From Lytechinus pictus (taxonomy: Eukaryota): DNA of 64,000 nucleotides. Shown here piece by piece: positions 41,351-54,994 of this stretch (its first letter is position 1; every line of letters begins with the position of its first letter). Location of the stretch: the NCBI RefSeq assembly GCF_037042905.1, contig NC_087252.1, positions 8,248,001 to 8,312,000 on the forward strand, given 5' to 3'. The notes under the pieces were generated by a model. That model was not told where the DNA came from and ran no database searches. It saw only the letters and a program-made list of their open reading frames with translations. The position numbers and the translations under genes are program-made.

Positions 41351-44300
41351 TCTCCACCAGTCCTTCCTCCTACCAAAACAGCCTACGTATGGATCATGAT
41401 AAGATAAATGTCTTTGGAAGTTTGTTCCATGCATAATAGAACTTTCCTCCGACTATATTGTATTGTATTTTATTTTATTTATTCAATCAAGGTTTAAGAA
41501 GCCTGCTTTCAACTAGAAGCGGATTTTTAGTAAGGCCGTGAACAATTGATAATAACAAATAATACAAATATGAAAGAGAATGAGCTTACAAAATAAAAAC
41601 AACGAAAACATAACATGAAAAAATATGAATAAAATACAATTAGCAAAAGCAGAATTGAAGTAAACAAAAATGAAAAGTAAAGACTGAAACGATATAATAT
41701 ATAAAGTAATATCAAACATAAATATAAACAAAAATGAGTGTAAGTTAATAAAATAGGATCCAATGCATGTGAACTAGGCTAAAGACTTGTTGGTTGTGCT
41801 TTGTCCTGAAGTATATTTGACAATACATATTATTTCTTTTTGAATTCGTCACGCTCCCTTTTCTCCATTGTTTGACAATAATAGATGACAGTTTGTTGTG
41901 AGGCGGCTAGACTACCGCAGATGTTATTATTTTCATCTCTTGAAAATCCATGTATACACTATGTTGAAAAAAAAATTGGACTTTGGACTTGGTGGTACGT
42001 GATAGCGAAACCCGTATCTGTCGATCATGAAATTAACATGACTAGTATATAAGAATGAAATCTTTTCTTTGATTAGATACCAAATACATAGCGAAATGTT
42101 CATACATTGCAAAGTAAAAATTGATGAATACTGAGCCGATTTGCGCAGAAACTCTATTTTTGTCTGCATCAGCACTTATTTATAGACACATTAATGCAAA
42201 TGAGCCATCCATTTCTTGCACAATAGGTATTCACATTCGCAACAAATCTCGACTAACTTCTTTGCGCAATTTCGTTTAGTCATGGAATTTTTCTAAATCT
42301 TCTTGCTCATCTATGCGGGAACTATTCATTTTATATTTTGTTACAAAATGAAGAACAACTTAATTTTGTGACTATGTAAAAGTATCGTTAATCGAATGGT
42401 TTAAAAAAGAATCCTCGCCAAGCCTGGTTTCCTTTTTGTGGGACGCACTGTATAGTATAATACCAGGAACTATTGTGCATTTTCTTAACATGTTTTTGCA
42501 GAAACCCTGGTATCAATTAGAATATCCCTGTACTGCTGAGCGAAGCAGACCTGATTGCATATTGATTGTGCTGCCGAATATGTACATTCATATCATTATT
42601 ATGAATTGCGACACAAATGTAATATTCCGTGATATGCACTGCCTTTCAGACTAGTTTCCAAAGGACTGTCATAACGAAGTTGTCAGAGCCTTTGTACGTG
42701 CGTTATAAAGCATCATTTTACTTTAAATACAGATTATGAAAAAAAAAAAATTCTTATATTTATAATGAATTATTAGTATATAAAGTGGAAGAATGTAGTG
42801 CTCAGTCTCATGAAATGAAAAATAGAGTTTTGAGAAAAAAAAAAACCAAACAAACCAAAACAAATCAAATCAAAACATGTTATTCATGTCTTTTATGGTA
42901 CCCGTTCAGCAAATTCAGTCAGCTCTAAAATACAATAGTGTGATAATTATGGTTATAGAATACTGTGTATGAAAGATTCTCTGTTTAGATTTCATCTAAT
43001 TGAAAAAATATGTTTTTTCTTTTTGTCCCCCCCATGTTTTGAAATTAAATTGTATTTAATCACCATGGACATACCACACGATACGATACGGACTAAACTA
43101 TATAGTTTAATTATCGAGAATAATATTTCAATATTTAACAATTATTTCCAAGTAAGTTTATGATATCAACTTTTTGATCCCACTGCTTTGATTTTTTTTC
43201 CGGTGGAAGTTTTCTTTATGACAAAATCAAATACGCAATTAAGAGTGAGTATTTATTAGAAAATGTGTTTCTTATACATATACAGTACCAGTCAAAACTT
43301 TGGGTACACCTGTAATCAGAACTTATTTTTTTTTTACAATCATTTACAATTTATTCATTTGTGCTCTTCAAACACAGAGACAATTTAGTATCAAATTAAA
43401 GGGTAATAATCAGGCTTCCAACTGGTTTTATTTTGAAGATGAAAAATCGTTTCAGAAAGCACCCAGGCGTGTACAAGACCCGTCTCTCTCAAACTGTCAA
43501 TTTAAGTCAAATGAGGATTTTTGTCATTTTGTGTTCTTAGTGTTGACTCGAGGCACTAGTGTTGTACGTTTCTTAATATTTCATTGCTTTTTAGTGAAGA
43601 ATCTTTCAATATTACCTGATCAGTAAGCAACAAACATCACTTCTGAAGCAAACTAAGATACCCTAGTGGTGAAATAATTGAGCATTTTCATATTTTTAGA
43701 ACTTACCGGTAAAAGGTTTAATGTCTCTTTTTTCATATTTCTTGCATTATATCTTTAATTATACCATTCAAAATGTTCCTGGAGTTAAACATATCTTTTT
43801 CGTGAATACAAAATAATAAAAGAGAAAACTATTGTGCTAACTGAAATTTAGATGAGACCAGACATAAAGTACAAACAAGCACCATAAAGTAAAAAAAACA
43901 TGTTCACCTTGTGAACAAAAAACGCGTTACTTTTGTATCTGCAATATCTGACCTTCTTTTACAAGTTCTAAGGATACACCTTCCTTAAATCTTTGATTCC
44001 TCAAAGAAGCCACCTTTGGTTTTTTTATGATGGCATGGCAGACATGTGGCATTCGGTTGAGTCTTTGCTTTGATTAGTCAGAAGTTTAAAATGGGCGTGA
44101 AATTCATCGACCCTTTGTGGCGCTCTTTGGGTGACCTATCATATCAATGTACAATGGTCAACAAAACATGTAACAATTTCATCGGTAATGATAAAAGGAT
44201 TCATCCAATTACGTTCTTTTTCTTCAGGAAAAAGACACAATCTTACGTTCTGAGTGACGGGTGGGGGGAATGCAAGAGTTCACAACCCCTAATCTGTCCC

Positions 44301-46622
44301 GAAAGTTCAAAGTGGGATATAATTGATGTTTTGCTGGTCAGAGTATGCATACACATCCATTATCATGATTATATGAAACAATAAAATTAGAATGTAAGTG
44401 CTTTCGATACTCTGACCTTTTAAACACAAAACTCAGATTTGTCAGATTTTGACATGATATATTAAAAAAGTAATATCATACATTTCCCCCTATTTCCTTT
44501 TTGTTCTCCCCATTGTTTTCTTTTTCGTGATTTTTTTTTTTTTTAAATTTAATTTTATTGTTTTATTTATTTATTTTTATTTATTTATTTATTATTATTA
44601 TTTTCATTATTATTATTATTATTTTATTATTATTATTATTATTATTTTTTTTTTGGGGGGGGGGTCCATGTCCCCAAGCCCCCCACCCTCTAAACTGTAC
44701 GCTAGTGATTATCACATAGACGTTATATGCCTATAAAGCTAGGTTCTTTCGTTGGTAGTTTCGCCCTTGTTTCGTTATTGCACCGCAGTCACCACGCCTT
44801 TGTCGAGGGAAGCACTTGGTGATTATAGCATTTTAACATTTCCTTTTATTATTATCATTTATTATCATTCCAGTATTATTATTTGTTTGGCGCCACCTGT
44901 GTCTGCAAGGCGAAAAGCGAACTGAATCAATATGACCCACAGGTTTCTCTTTCCAGTTCCAGTTGTGATTTTTTAGTCTGTTAGAAACCATATATAAACT
45001 AATGCATCTTTACCAAAAAATCCCTTTAAAGTTTTAGGTGTGACTTTATTAGAATTTTAGAAACCATATATAAAAAATGCATATTTACCAAAAAAATCCC
45101 TTTAAAGTTTTAGTTGTGACTTTATTAGAAACATATTCATAAACTAATGGCGAGATGATTTATTTGTTTCTTCGTTTTTTCGGCGACATATCGAGCGAAA
45201 ATTATTGGATATACAGATCATTTACTTTCGTAAACAATGGAGTTTATGTATATGAATACTACATTGGTTAGTAATCCAGTCATTTTATTTTATTATTTTG
45301 ATCTGTAATAATTACAAACAATAGAGAATAATCGGATCTATTCGAACTATTAGTGTTTACATATGTGCATGAACTTGCCGAAAGGATTTCGACGCTGGAA
45401 TCAATGATCGAGGAAGAAGAACCTGTGAAAGAAAAAGAAAACCTCAAAGCAAATACATCATCTCTCATGTAACATCTTTTCCGTTTTAATAGACGTATTG
45501 CCAAAATATTCCTTGAACTTGTTTTTACTTTATAAATTTATAGGCCTATAGTTGACAAACGTCCGGACAAACGTTCAAGCTGCTCTGACGGAGCTTGAAA
45601 AACCGAAAAAGCAAATGGGTGAACGCATAGGTAAAAGGCATGGGTTTACTAATTTTTATGCATACTGAATCAATCGAAAGCCAACCAAAAGCCTAGAAAA
45701 AGCAATAAAAAATGTTACTTTTTATGCATCTAACCCAATTTCTCCCTCGCACAAAGCGCCCCCTACGCTGGAATGTCATATTATAATAGTCGCAAAAATA
45801 GTTCGTAGTCGTTCAGTACAATATTACATACTTCTCCATAGGCTCACGCGCAAAAGTGATATTTGACAAAATTACTAAGAGATAAGTTTTAATGACACAA
45901 TTCACTTTCTTTCATACTGCAATTCTCTGTAATGTCTTATTAAATAATACACGTTCAAAATACATTAATGTGTACAACTCAAGCTTTCATCCATTAACAA
46001 TACAGAATCTTAACAAAAGAGACGGAGAACCATACAACTTTTTCAATTTCATTTCGCTTATTTCCATTTTCAACAATTACAGCTTGTTTTGCACATTTTG
46101 ACATACAAATACCAAAACATATTTCAAGTATCCCTGTACAAAAATCATTTTCAAGATTATTACATATCAGGTTGGAAATGGAGGAGGCTGCTAAAAAGTG
46201 AAGCTTAAGTTGAAGAGTACAGCCTCCTAATAAATACTCTTGTAGTTACATAGCATATACAAATACTTGAGCATAAGCCAGTCAAATTAAAAAGAAATAG
46301 GGGAAATTAGATTAGAAAAGGAAATAAGAAAAAGAGAGATTAAAGGTCTCCAGAATCCAGTCCCAGTACTCACAGACGGACCTCGCTGATCAAACGGAAA
46401 ACGGAATAGATGGAAAAGTGTACGTCACATTAAAAACCTTCCCTCCTTACTCCTTAAGGTAGTTTTATATTTGCCTCTCCCTCCCCTTTATTCATCCTTT
46501 ACTTTCTTTTCCTTTGTCTGGGGTTTTGAGGTCAAGTATCTTTTTTTCATATGTAATTTATGTATTCCATTTTTATTTTTGTTCATTGGGGATTGACCTT
46601 GATAGATCAATATGGCCTTTGT

Positions 46623-47072
46623 GGTTACACTTTGTAATTCCGAAACACGTAAATTGCCTATACCTCGATGTTCGTGAATCCGAAAACGTAAAAGGGTTCG
46701 TTAATCCGAACATTTGTGGCGTCATACCGAAGGTTCGATAATTTGAAAACGAAATAAGGTTCGATGTTCCGAAGGTTCGTTAATCCGAAACGAAATAGGA
46801 TTCGCTGTTCCGAAGGTTCGTTAGTCCGAAAACGAAATAAGGTTCGTTAATCATTACACGTACTCATTACTCGTTTTCGGACTGACGACCCTTTGGAATT
46901 ACGAACCTCATTTCGTTTTCGGATTAATGAACCTTTGGAATTACGAACCTCACTTTGTTTTCAGACTAACGAACCTTCGGAATTACGAACCTCATTTCGT
47001 TTTCGGACTTACGAACCTTCGGAATATCCGAACCTTCGGAATAATGAAGCTTCGGAATTACGAATGTATGCG
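46623..47072 (+). mobile_element. Third, uninterrupted copy of the gaaggttcg Mutator-like MITE
   Basis: Same termini as the other copies; TSD (g)gcctttgt. Confidence 0.85.
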
Positions 47073-50000
47073 GCCTTTGTCATGCAATCCCCTCCACATT
47101 TTGACCTTCTATGTCCTTTTTTATGTAATATATATTGTAACTATTTATACTTGTATTGTTAATATTTATTGTATGTATTCAATATTACTGATATTGTATG
47201 TTTTTATTCAATATGTGGAAAATATGTTGAATTGAAAAGCCATTTTAATGCCGCAATGTTAGGATATGCCAGACATGTTCTTCATTGGATTTGTCTTGGA
47301 GATTGCAAAAGATTTATTAACCACAGACTTACTGGCCAGATACAATAGGAAGTATGCTTTTATAATGATAATTACTTTTCGTTGTCACTGGGAGCACACA
47401 CAATTGCTAACTCTTTCGAGGGAAAGCAAAAATAAATGTTGCAACATTGTTTGAAATATGATTTGAAACTGATGATTCGATTAGTCGCATGTGGCCGCAA
47501 GTGAGACACATATTAAACACAGCATAACAGATAAACATATTCCTCGAAACTAATCTTATCTTTTCTATAATTTATAAGTGTGTGGAAATTTGTAAAATGA
47601 TGATTTAAGAGTTGTCTAATTCCGAGAGTATTTCACATTCTGAAACTGTTATCATACAATATTTCGCCAAATTTTAGGACATAATAAATGCTTTGAAATG
47701 TATTTCGTATTATACTGTCCACATTTTGCGATCAAATGAAATTGGAAATATTCAATTATCTATTTTTCACTCAAATCACTTTTCAGTTTTCCCATGAAAC
47801 TGGCCGGCATCACAGGTCGCCACAAAAAACTACAGTGCACATGTGCATTCGTTTGTACTTCTTTTAAAATCGGAAGCAACATGAATTGATTCATCTTTTG
47901 TTGTCACTTTCTTTTCTAAATCTCCTTGTTTGGATTCACTAATGCCCATTCCACACATTTTCGCTAGTAAATTGCTTCGCTCACTCAACCGCATCCCGCC
48001 GAATTAAATGCACATGGCTACGCTCGGGAGTTTATAGGCCGCCGATTGTCACACGAAAGCACAGTTGTCATGGTTGTCCATCCAAAGCTCATCCCAATTA
48101 AAAACATTTCGCTATAAAATATTTCGCTATTTTCGAGTGTCTTCCACTTGCAAACAAGCACAGACATAAACTCGAATAAAACAATACAGTGGTCGATAGC
48201 AATTCGAATGGGATGCATAACACTACAGTGTCTTTAGTTTTATTCAATTCAAGTCAAATAAATATTTGTTTTCTTCCATTTCACAAATTTCTATATTTTT
48301 CGTAAACATAAATTCATACAAAAAACAGTTTGTTAGGAAGAATATAAATATGTACATGTTAAGTTTAAAGAAGAAGGCGTATACCCTAAAAGCTGATGCT
48401 TGTGGCGGGATACGCCTATAGACATAAATACAATACGATAAACAATACAAATGGAAGGGCATAGAAAATCCCAATTTATACAATAGTGTACAAGCAATAA
48501 ACATGACGTAAAACACTAAACTCAACTCTTTTCACTCTATTCTTCTTAGCATACGAGTAAAACATATACGAAAAATAGTACGATAAAAAAAAATCACACA
48601 AACCAATACAATACAAAAAGAGGTTCCCGAGACGTAGTAGAAAAAGCAAAAATATCATAAACGAACCCAACTAATTTACAGCCAAGCAATGTTACATAGA
48701 TAAATAATTAAGTGATCAACTACTTATCTGATAATGAATTCTACACTAACTGTTGGTGATAAAAATACTCTTAGTTCCTGCTTTGCCAATGTATATGTTA
48801 TTGCTGTCTCTGATTGTATGAGAATGTACGTTACCATTCTAAAAACAAAATGAATATTGATTGAATGTTTTTATTCCTGCATTCAATATATCAGATATAA
48901 GTTTACAAGATAATATGTACAAATGTAAATACAGTTACAGGACAAGCATTGGATCAAAAATATTTTTTTTATGTATTACTCATTAAACAAAATGACGAAT
49001 TACGACATCACTATATATGTATATATATATAGATATATATATATATATATGATTTAAAATCTGACATGACTTTAACCCACCCCCCCAAAAAAAAAACAAC
49101 AACAACAACTGGCGTAGTATGGCTAGGTATGGATGGTATTTTATGTCCATGTTAATATAGATTCAAGTGTACTGCCTTGTACTCAACTATTTGTTAGCAT
49201 GAATTATGTATGTAAAAAAAAAAATTTCCTTGTTGCTTTTTGTTTAATTTATCAAAGTTTGATCGTTTGTCTTGTCACTCACTACAAGCTTATGTACATG
49301 TATATGATTTAATTTCTTACATGTTTTGTATCCGAAAGATAATACGTATTACACTCCAAGCGAATTTTCTAAATTTAATGAATAATCATAATACTAAAGA
49401 TGCTTTAATAAAGCTTCAATTCAATTGTCGAATTGTTATGCTTTTACAACTTTTCTGAATGTATCAATTGCTTTGAAAAACACATTGCAATGTTTCATCT
49501 GAAACATGGCTAATGGGAAAAGAGGAACTATACTTTAATATGCCTGATGTTTGGTTCTTTAATAATAACCGTGGTAACAAGCGTGGGGTGGAGTTGGTAT
49601 ACAGTATATGTAAATAAGAATTTAAAGTTCAAAAGGAGACCTGGTTTAGATTTTTTTTAAAATTGTATAGGGCCATTCCAAATTAATGACATATCTGGAC
49701 TTCAATTACTTTTAAATCTCAAAATTTCAGAAATTTAATAATTAGAAGGTTATACATGTATCTCCTCCGCCAGTCTATATACATTTTTAGAATGGGGAGG
49801 GGGAGGGGGTGAAAATATGTCACCTAATCATAGTAAATATTTTAGCGTGCGGAGCGCATCGACAAGAAAATAAAATTTTGTACGTTTGATAATATTTCTA
49901 TGTCAGGTTTTATTTTTCTTAGTATTTTTCATGCTTTTTACAATTTTGCTTTGCATTTTTTTTTTTCAAGTTTTCAAAAGTATCATGATTGCTGGAGGCA

Positions 50001-51331
50001 TACTCCCCCCCCCCCCAAAAAAAAAAAATTATGGGGTGATCGTCCTTTGCCCTGTCCAACATCGATTGAGGCCTCCTGTCTCCATTTATATCTATTCTTA
50101 ATTGCCACAATCACCCCTTTTCCCAAGTCTCTATCTATCTACAGGTATAACTTTTATTTAACAGCAGAGAGTTTTAGGAGCAGTGGACGTGAACGACGTA
50201 GCAGTCCTCTGATCGGTCGAGTGAACGTCGTCGTCTGCCCTCGTTCACTACAGATTTCACTCGACTTGTACGTGTACGTACGTCCACATGAAACAGCGCG
50301 ATAACCAGCGGGTCATGTTACGCTGCCCGACCCGGAAGATCTGGCGCACTATCGCCTGGCGACCCGGTCGGGTGATGCGAAGGTGCAACTTGTGCACATG
50401 TGCCCTTTCACTTGCTTTGATTCCTTTTTACGCAAGTTAGGATATATATCGATGTATATTTTGGAGATTAGAAAGCAATTTCAAATATGATAAACATAAT
50501 GCATCGTACAACTTACATTAATTTTGTGAAAAGTCGCTGAAAACTGTGTTTTAAAAGGAAAAGGTTGATCTTCATGCTGGGCTTGAACGGTTAGAATGAC
50601 GTCACTCACGTGCACGTCGTCTATGATTTAGGAGAACTGCAAAATGGATGTGGCGAGGTTCTCGATTTTGAGAGTGGACGTGTGTGAGGACGTGAGGCAT
50701 ATGGCAGGCCCAAAAATGACGTCATCTCGTACCAGTTCACTATGTGGACGTACATTTCTAAAAGTGCTCAGTATGCACTTATAAAACGATGTTACAATGC
50801 AGGTTTCATGTCACTGCGCGCGCACTCATTTTCCCTCTTTTCTTTAACAGCGCGTTTGATTGGAATAAATAGATGCAAAGTTGGATGAGCTAAAGATAAC
50901 ACGAAATGAGATAACACGCCGATAATGATATGGTTTTCAAAATACCTATGGGGGGGGGGGTAAGATTGTCTAATTTTAGAACAAAGACATCATCTTCACA
51001 TCAAAATCAGGAGGTGTCTTTGACAGTAACTTATCTCTCATTTCCTCATAACCCTCCATCATCTGTTCATCCTCCCTGTTTGAGGTCTTAATTGCTCCTA
51101 TTCTGGTCCAAACAACCACCCCCCCCCGCACAGCAATTTCATTTAGGTTTGTAAGTGGTACACATTTAATCAAGAATGTATCTTAAAGTACAAACTTTGA
51201 ACTTGGACAAAACAGTTTCAAAATGCATCACTACTCCCCTAGCGAAATTGACAGTTCTGGCAATGAGAGATAAACATTATGAACCAGCCTCATAAGCCTA
51301 CACTCTAAAAAATGAAGAGCTAATTTAGCTC

Positions 51332-51938
51332 TTAAAGGACAAGTCCACCCCAACAAAAAGTTGATTTGAATAAAAAGAGAAAAATGCAACAAGCCCCGGC
51401 AACAAGCATAACACTGACAATTTCATCAAAATCGGATGTAAAGCTATGATATTTTAGATTTTCGCTTAATTTCACGAAACAGTTATATGCACATCCTGGC
51501 TGGTATGAAAATGAGGAGACTATGACGTTATCCACTCACTATTTCTTGTGTATTTTATTGTATGAAATGTGAAATATTCTAATTTTTTCCTCATTGTCAA
51601 GTGATACAACGATTATTTCCTCCCTGAACATCTGGAATTAGCATTTTTCAGTGATAATATATGGTTCAGTCAACATGGTCAAGATGGTCCTTATTGTCAA
51701 ATCTATACAACATGAAATATTGTATAATTCAAAAAAAAAAAAATAATAAATAGTGAGCGATGGACATCACCGACTGACTCACCTAGTTGTGCATATCACT
51801 GTTTAGTGAAAAATAAGCGAAATTTTAAAATGTCATAACTTTCTTATTTTACATCCGATTTTGATGAAATTTTCAGCATTATGATAGTTTGATTTTTTCC
51901 CTATTTATTCAAGTCAGCATTTTCCTGGGGTGGACTCT
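51332..51938. mobile_element. TTAA-associated MITE nested in a gagctaatttagctc MITE
   Basis: ttaaaggacaagtccacccc at the left and ggggtggact at the right; inverted arms (tttcatcaaaatcggatgtaaa / tttacatccgattttgatgaaa). Confidence 0.7.
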
Positions 51939-52239
51939 TTATTACTGACTGCGCTTTGGAATGGTAATTTTTCGCGTTTAAATTTGAACTAGACAAAATC
52001 AGCACTCCGAAGCGCAGTCACGATACGCGCTCCTTAAGAGCTAAATTAGCTCTTTATTTTTTTCGATTGTATGAGAGAGAATCTGCGTACGTGATCGCCC
52101 GTGGTATGATAGATCAGCACCTTCCCACAGGTGCGGCAGAACCGGGGGGGGGGGGGAGGGGGGTTTGCCCCTCCCCTACATGTTCATTTCTTATTGAAAT
52201 ATCCAAAAATTGAGCTTGTTGCAAGGATGCTGTTTCAAC

Positions 52240-54840
52240 AGTTCTTGCGTTCGATAAATAGGAAGAATAATTTATATTATAAATACAAAATGAAACGCTC
52301 TGAGCAATCCAATGCTTGTTACAAAAATACATTGACAAAAATTATACGTTTAGAAAAGTAAAGATACTTTACTAATCAGTTACAACTTTACAAGCGTGAT
52401 GTGCAAAATACATGGAAAGTTTTAAAACAAGCAATGAATATAACAAATAACAAATCTAATATTACAAAAATTAGATCTGGCGATGTTATTTTTAAGGATT
52501 CTCACCAAATTTGTAGTATCCTGAATAATCACTTTTCTTCAATTGGGGAAAATCTTGCAAGTAATATTCCTCCCGCAACAAGACACTTTTCTGAATTTTT
52601 AGGCCCACCAAATTCTAGTTCAATGTTTCTCGCTCCAACTTATAATCAGGAGATAATTAATTGTTTCTGATTTTAGTTCTAAAAAAAGTACAGGACATGA
52701 TGACATCAATAATTTTCTTCTTAAGGGGGTAATATCGTCCATTGCGGATCCCCTAACTCATATATTTAATCTGTCACTTCTTAACGGCATTGTCCCCGAG
52801 AGCATGAAAATTGCAAAAGTCATTCCTTTGTTTAAAAAGGGTGATAAATTAGATGTTAATAATTACCGCTCAATTTCTTTGTTATCTACATTGTCGAAAA
52901 TACTTGAAAATATTATTTATAAAAGAACTGTAAATTTTTTCAAATCAAATAATATTTTTTCGAATTCGCAATTTGGATTTAGGGAAAAGCATAGCACCAC
53001 ACATGCATTATTTAGTTTCATTGAAAAGCGGCACATTCAATTGATAAATCTTCTCATTTAATTGGTTTGTTCCTGGACTTCTTCAAGGCCTTCGACACCA
53101 TTAATCATGATATTTTACTTAACAAATTACATCATTATGGAGTGCGTGGGAAGGCCTTGGAGTGGTTCAGGAGCTACCTCATGAATAGGAAGCAATATGT
53201 CTTTTTAAACGGTTGCAATTCTCAAATGAAAAAAAAAAATTGTGGAGTTCCCCAGGGTAGTCTTTTAGGCCCGATTTTGTTTATAGTTTATATTAATGAT
53301 TTTTGTAGATCATCAGATGTTCTTTCTTTCATTCTCTTTGCGGACGACTCCAACTTATTTGTTTCACATAAAAATCATCTTCACCTTGCTAATATAATCA
53401 ACTAGAAAATGTCACCGAATGGATAAGAGCAAATAAATTGTCACTAAATCTTCAAAAAACAAAATATATGTTGCTAAGCAACTCTATAAATACACTTCCT
53501 GTTGATATTATTTTTGATGGAACTCCCTTGGAAAATGTATCCCATATTAAGTTTCTTGGAATAACAGTCGATAATAAGCTCTCATGGAAATTTCACATAG
53601 ATAACATATGTAAAACTATTTCATGCAACATTGGTATAATTAACAGGCTTCTGTGGACGCCCGTCGCACGCGAAGGGTTAAATTTTGTTTACCATTATCG
53701 TCCCTGCTGACACTATATTCATCCCTTATATTGCCTTATTTAAATTATGGAATTTTAGCGTGGGGTAATACACAACAAACACTCTTAGACAAATTACTCC
53801 TATTACAAAAGAAATCTCTACGTATTATATGTCACACGGCATATTTGTTTCATACTGACCCATTATTTTTTTTTAATAAAATATTGAAAATTAAAGACTC
53901 ATATTTGCTTAATCTCGGTCAGTTTATGTATAACTATAACAACAACAACCTCCCAAATGTATTTAATTCAATGTTTTCAAAAAATCAATTCACAACTATC
54001 CAACAAGGCGATTGGGTGAATTTCATTTACCACTTTTAAGAACTTTGCGGGCTCAGAACGCATTTATATATAATGGACCGAAGTTATGGAACTCACTTCA
54101 TAATGATATAACAAATGCAACATCTTTGATCTCTTTTAAGACTAAATTCAAATTATCTCTATTAAAACCTTACAATATACTCCCAAATTAAGTTTAATTC
54201 ATCATCTCTGTCAAGTCATCATTATTACTTTCAAGACTACAATCAAAACATAAAATAATTATTATCCTTTTTTTATTAAAAAAAATCTGACACAAGTCCT
54301 TCTCCGATGTGCTCATTATTGAACCTCATACATTATTGTGTCTATCCTCTCCTCTATTTTCTCCTCTCCTGTCCGCTTAACCGCCTTCCTACCGGTTATT
54401 TGTTTACGGCATCAATCACATTTTTCGTGCATCATATTCTTTCCAGGTTATTTTATATACTTTTTCTCCTTTTATACACATCATTGAATCCAGTTTGCTT
54501 GAGTCCACGACGGCATGTGTTCTATCTACATACAGCAACACCCATCCATCTTCTCAGGGCATTCTCCCCCCCTTTTTTTCCTTCTCTTTTTCTGGGGGGG
54601 GGGGTGGGGTGGGGAAGGTTGGATATTTTTAGGACGGGTTGTTTTGTCCTTTATCTAACTGTATATTTTTGATAACTTTGTATTTATTTTGTGAGTATTT
54701 CCCTCTCAATTATTTATTTTTTTCTCATTTGATTATCTGTATTTATACTTTGCTTTTTTGTTATTTGTTGTGTTATCTATTTTTTGAGGGGCCCACATTG
54801 TACAAGCATTGCTTTTTAGTGGGTCCCTCCATTTCCATCT
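52240..54840 (+). mobile_element. L2/CR1-type LINE, 5'-truncated, with 3' UTR
   Basis: MKIAKVIPLFKKGD..NNYRSISLL, QFGFREKHST, FLDF.KAFDT, GVPQGSLLGPILF and LFADD motifs. 3' stem-loop gaggggcccac...gtgggtccctc at ~54786-54830. Confidence 0.93.
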
Positions 54841-54994
54841 TAATTTAATTTCTATTGAAAAATAGTTTACTTATTTCTTTGCCTGTTCGCTGACGAGAGT
54901 GCCCGAAGCGAAGTGGACCGAGCTGAAGATTTAAGCTGAGGAGCAGGTTTTGGATTTTTTTTTCTGGAAAATACAAAGGAGCTAGAATTCCATC

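Noticed and set aside
45355..45445. Strong minus-strand acceptor with a short exon-like stretch
   Set aside because: No recognisable coding content and no partner exons.
50170..50830. CpG-rich promoter-like patch
   Set aside because: There is no associated gene and it may be a repeat; this cannot be decided from the sequence.
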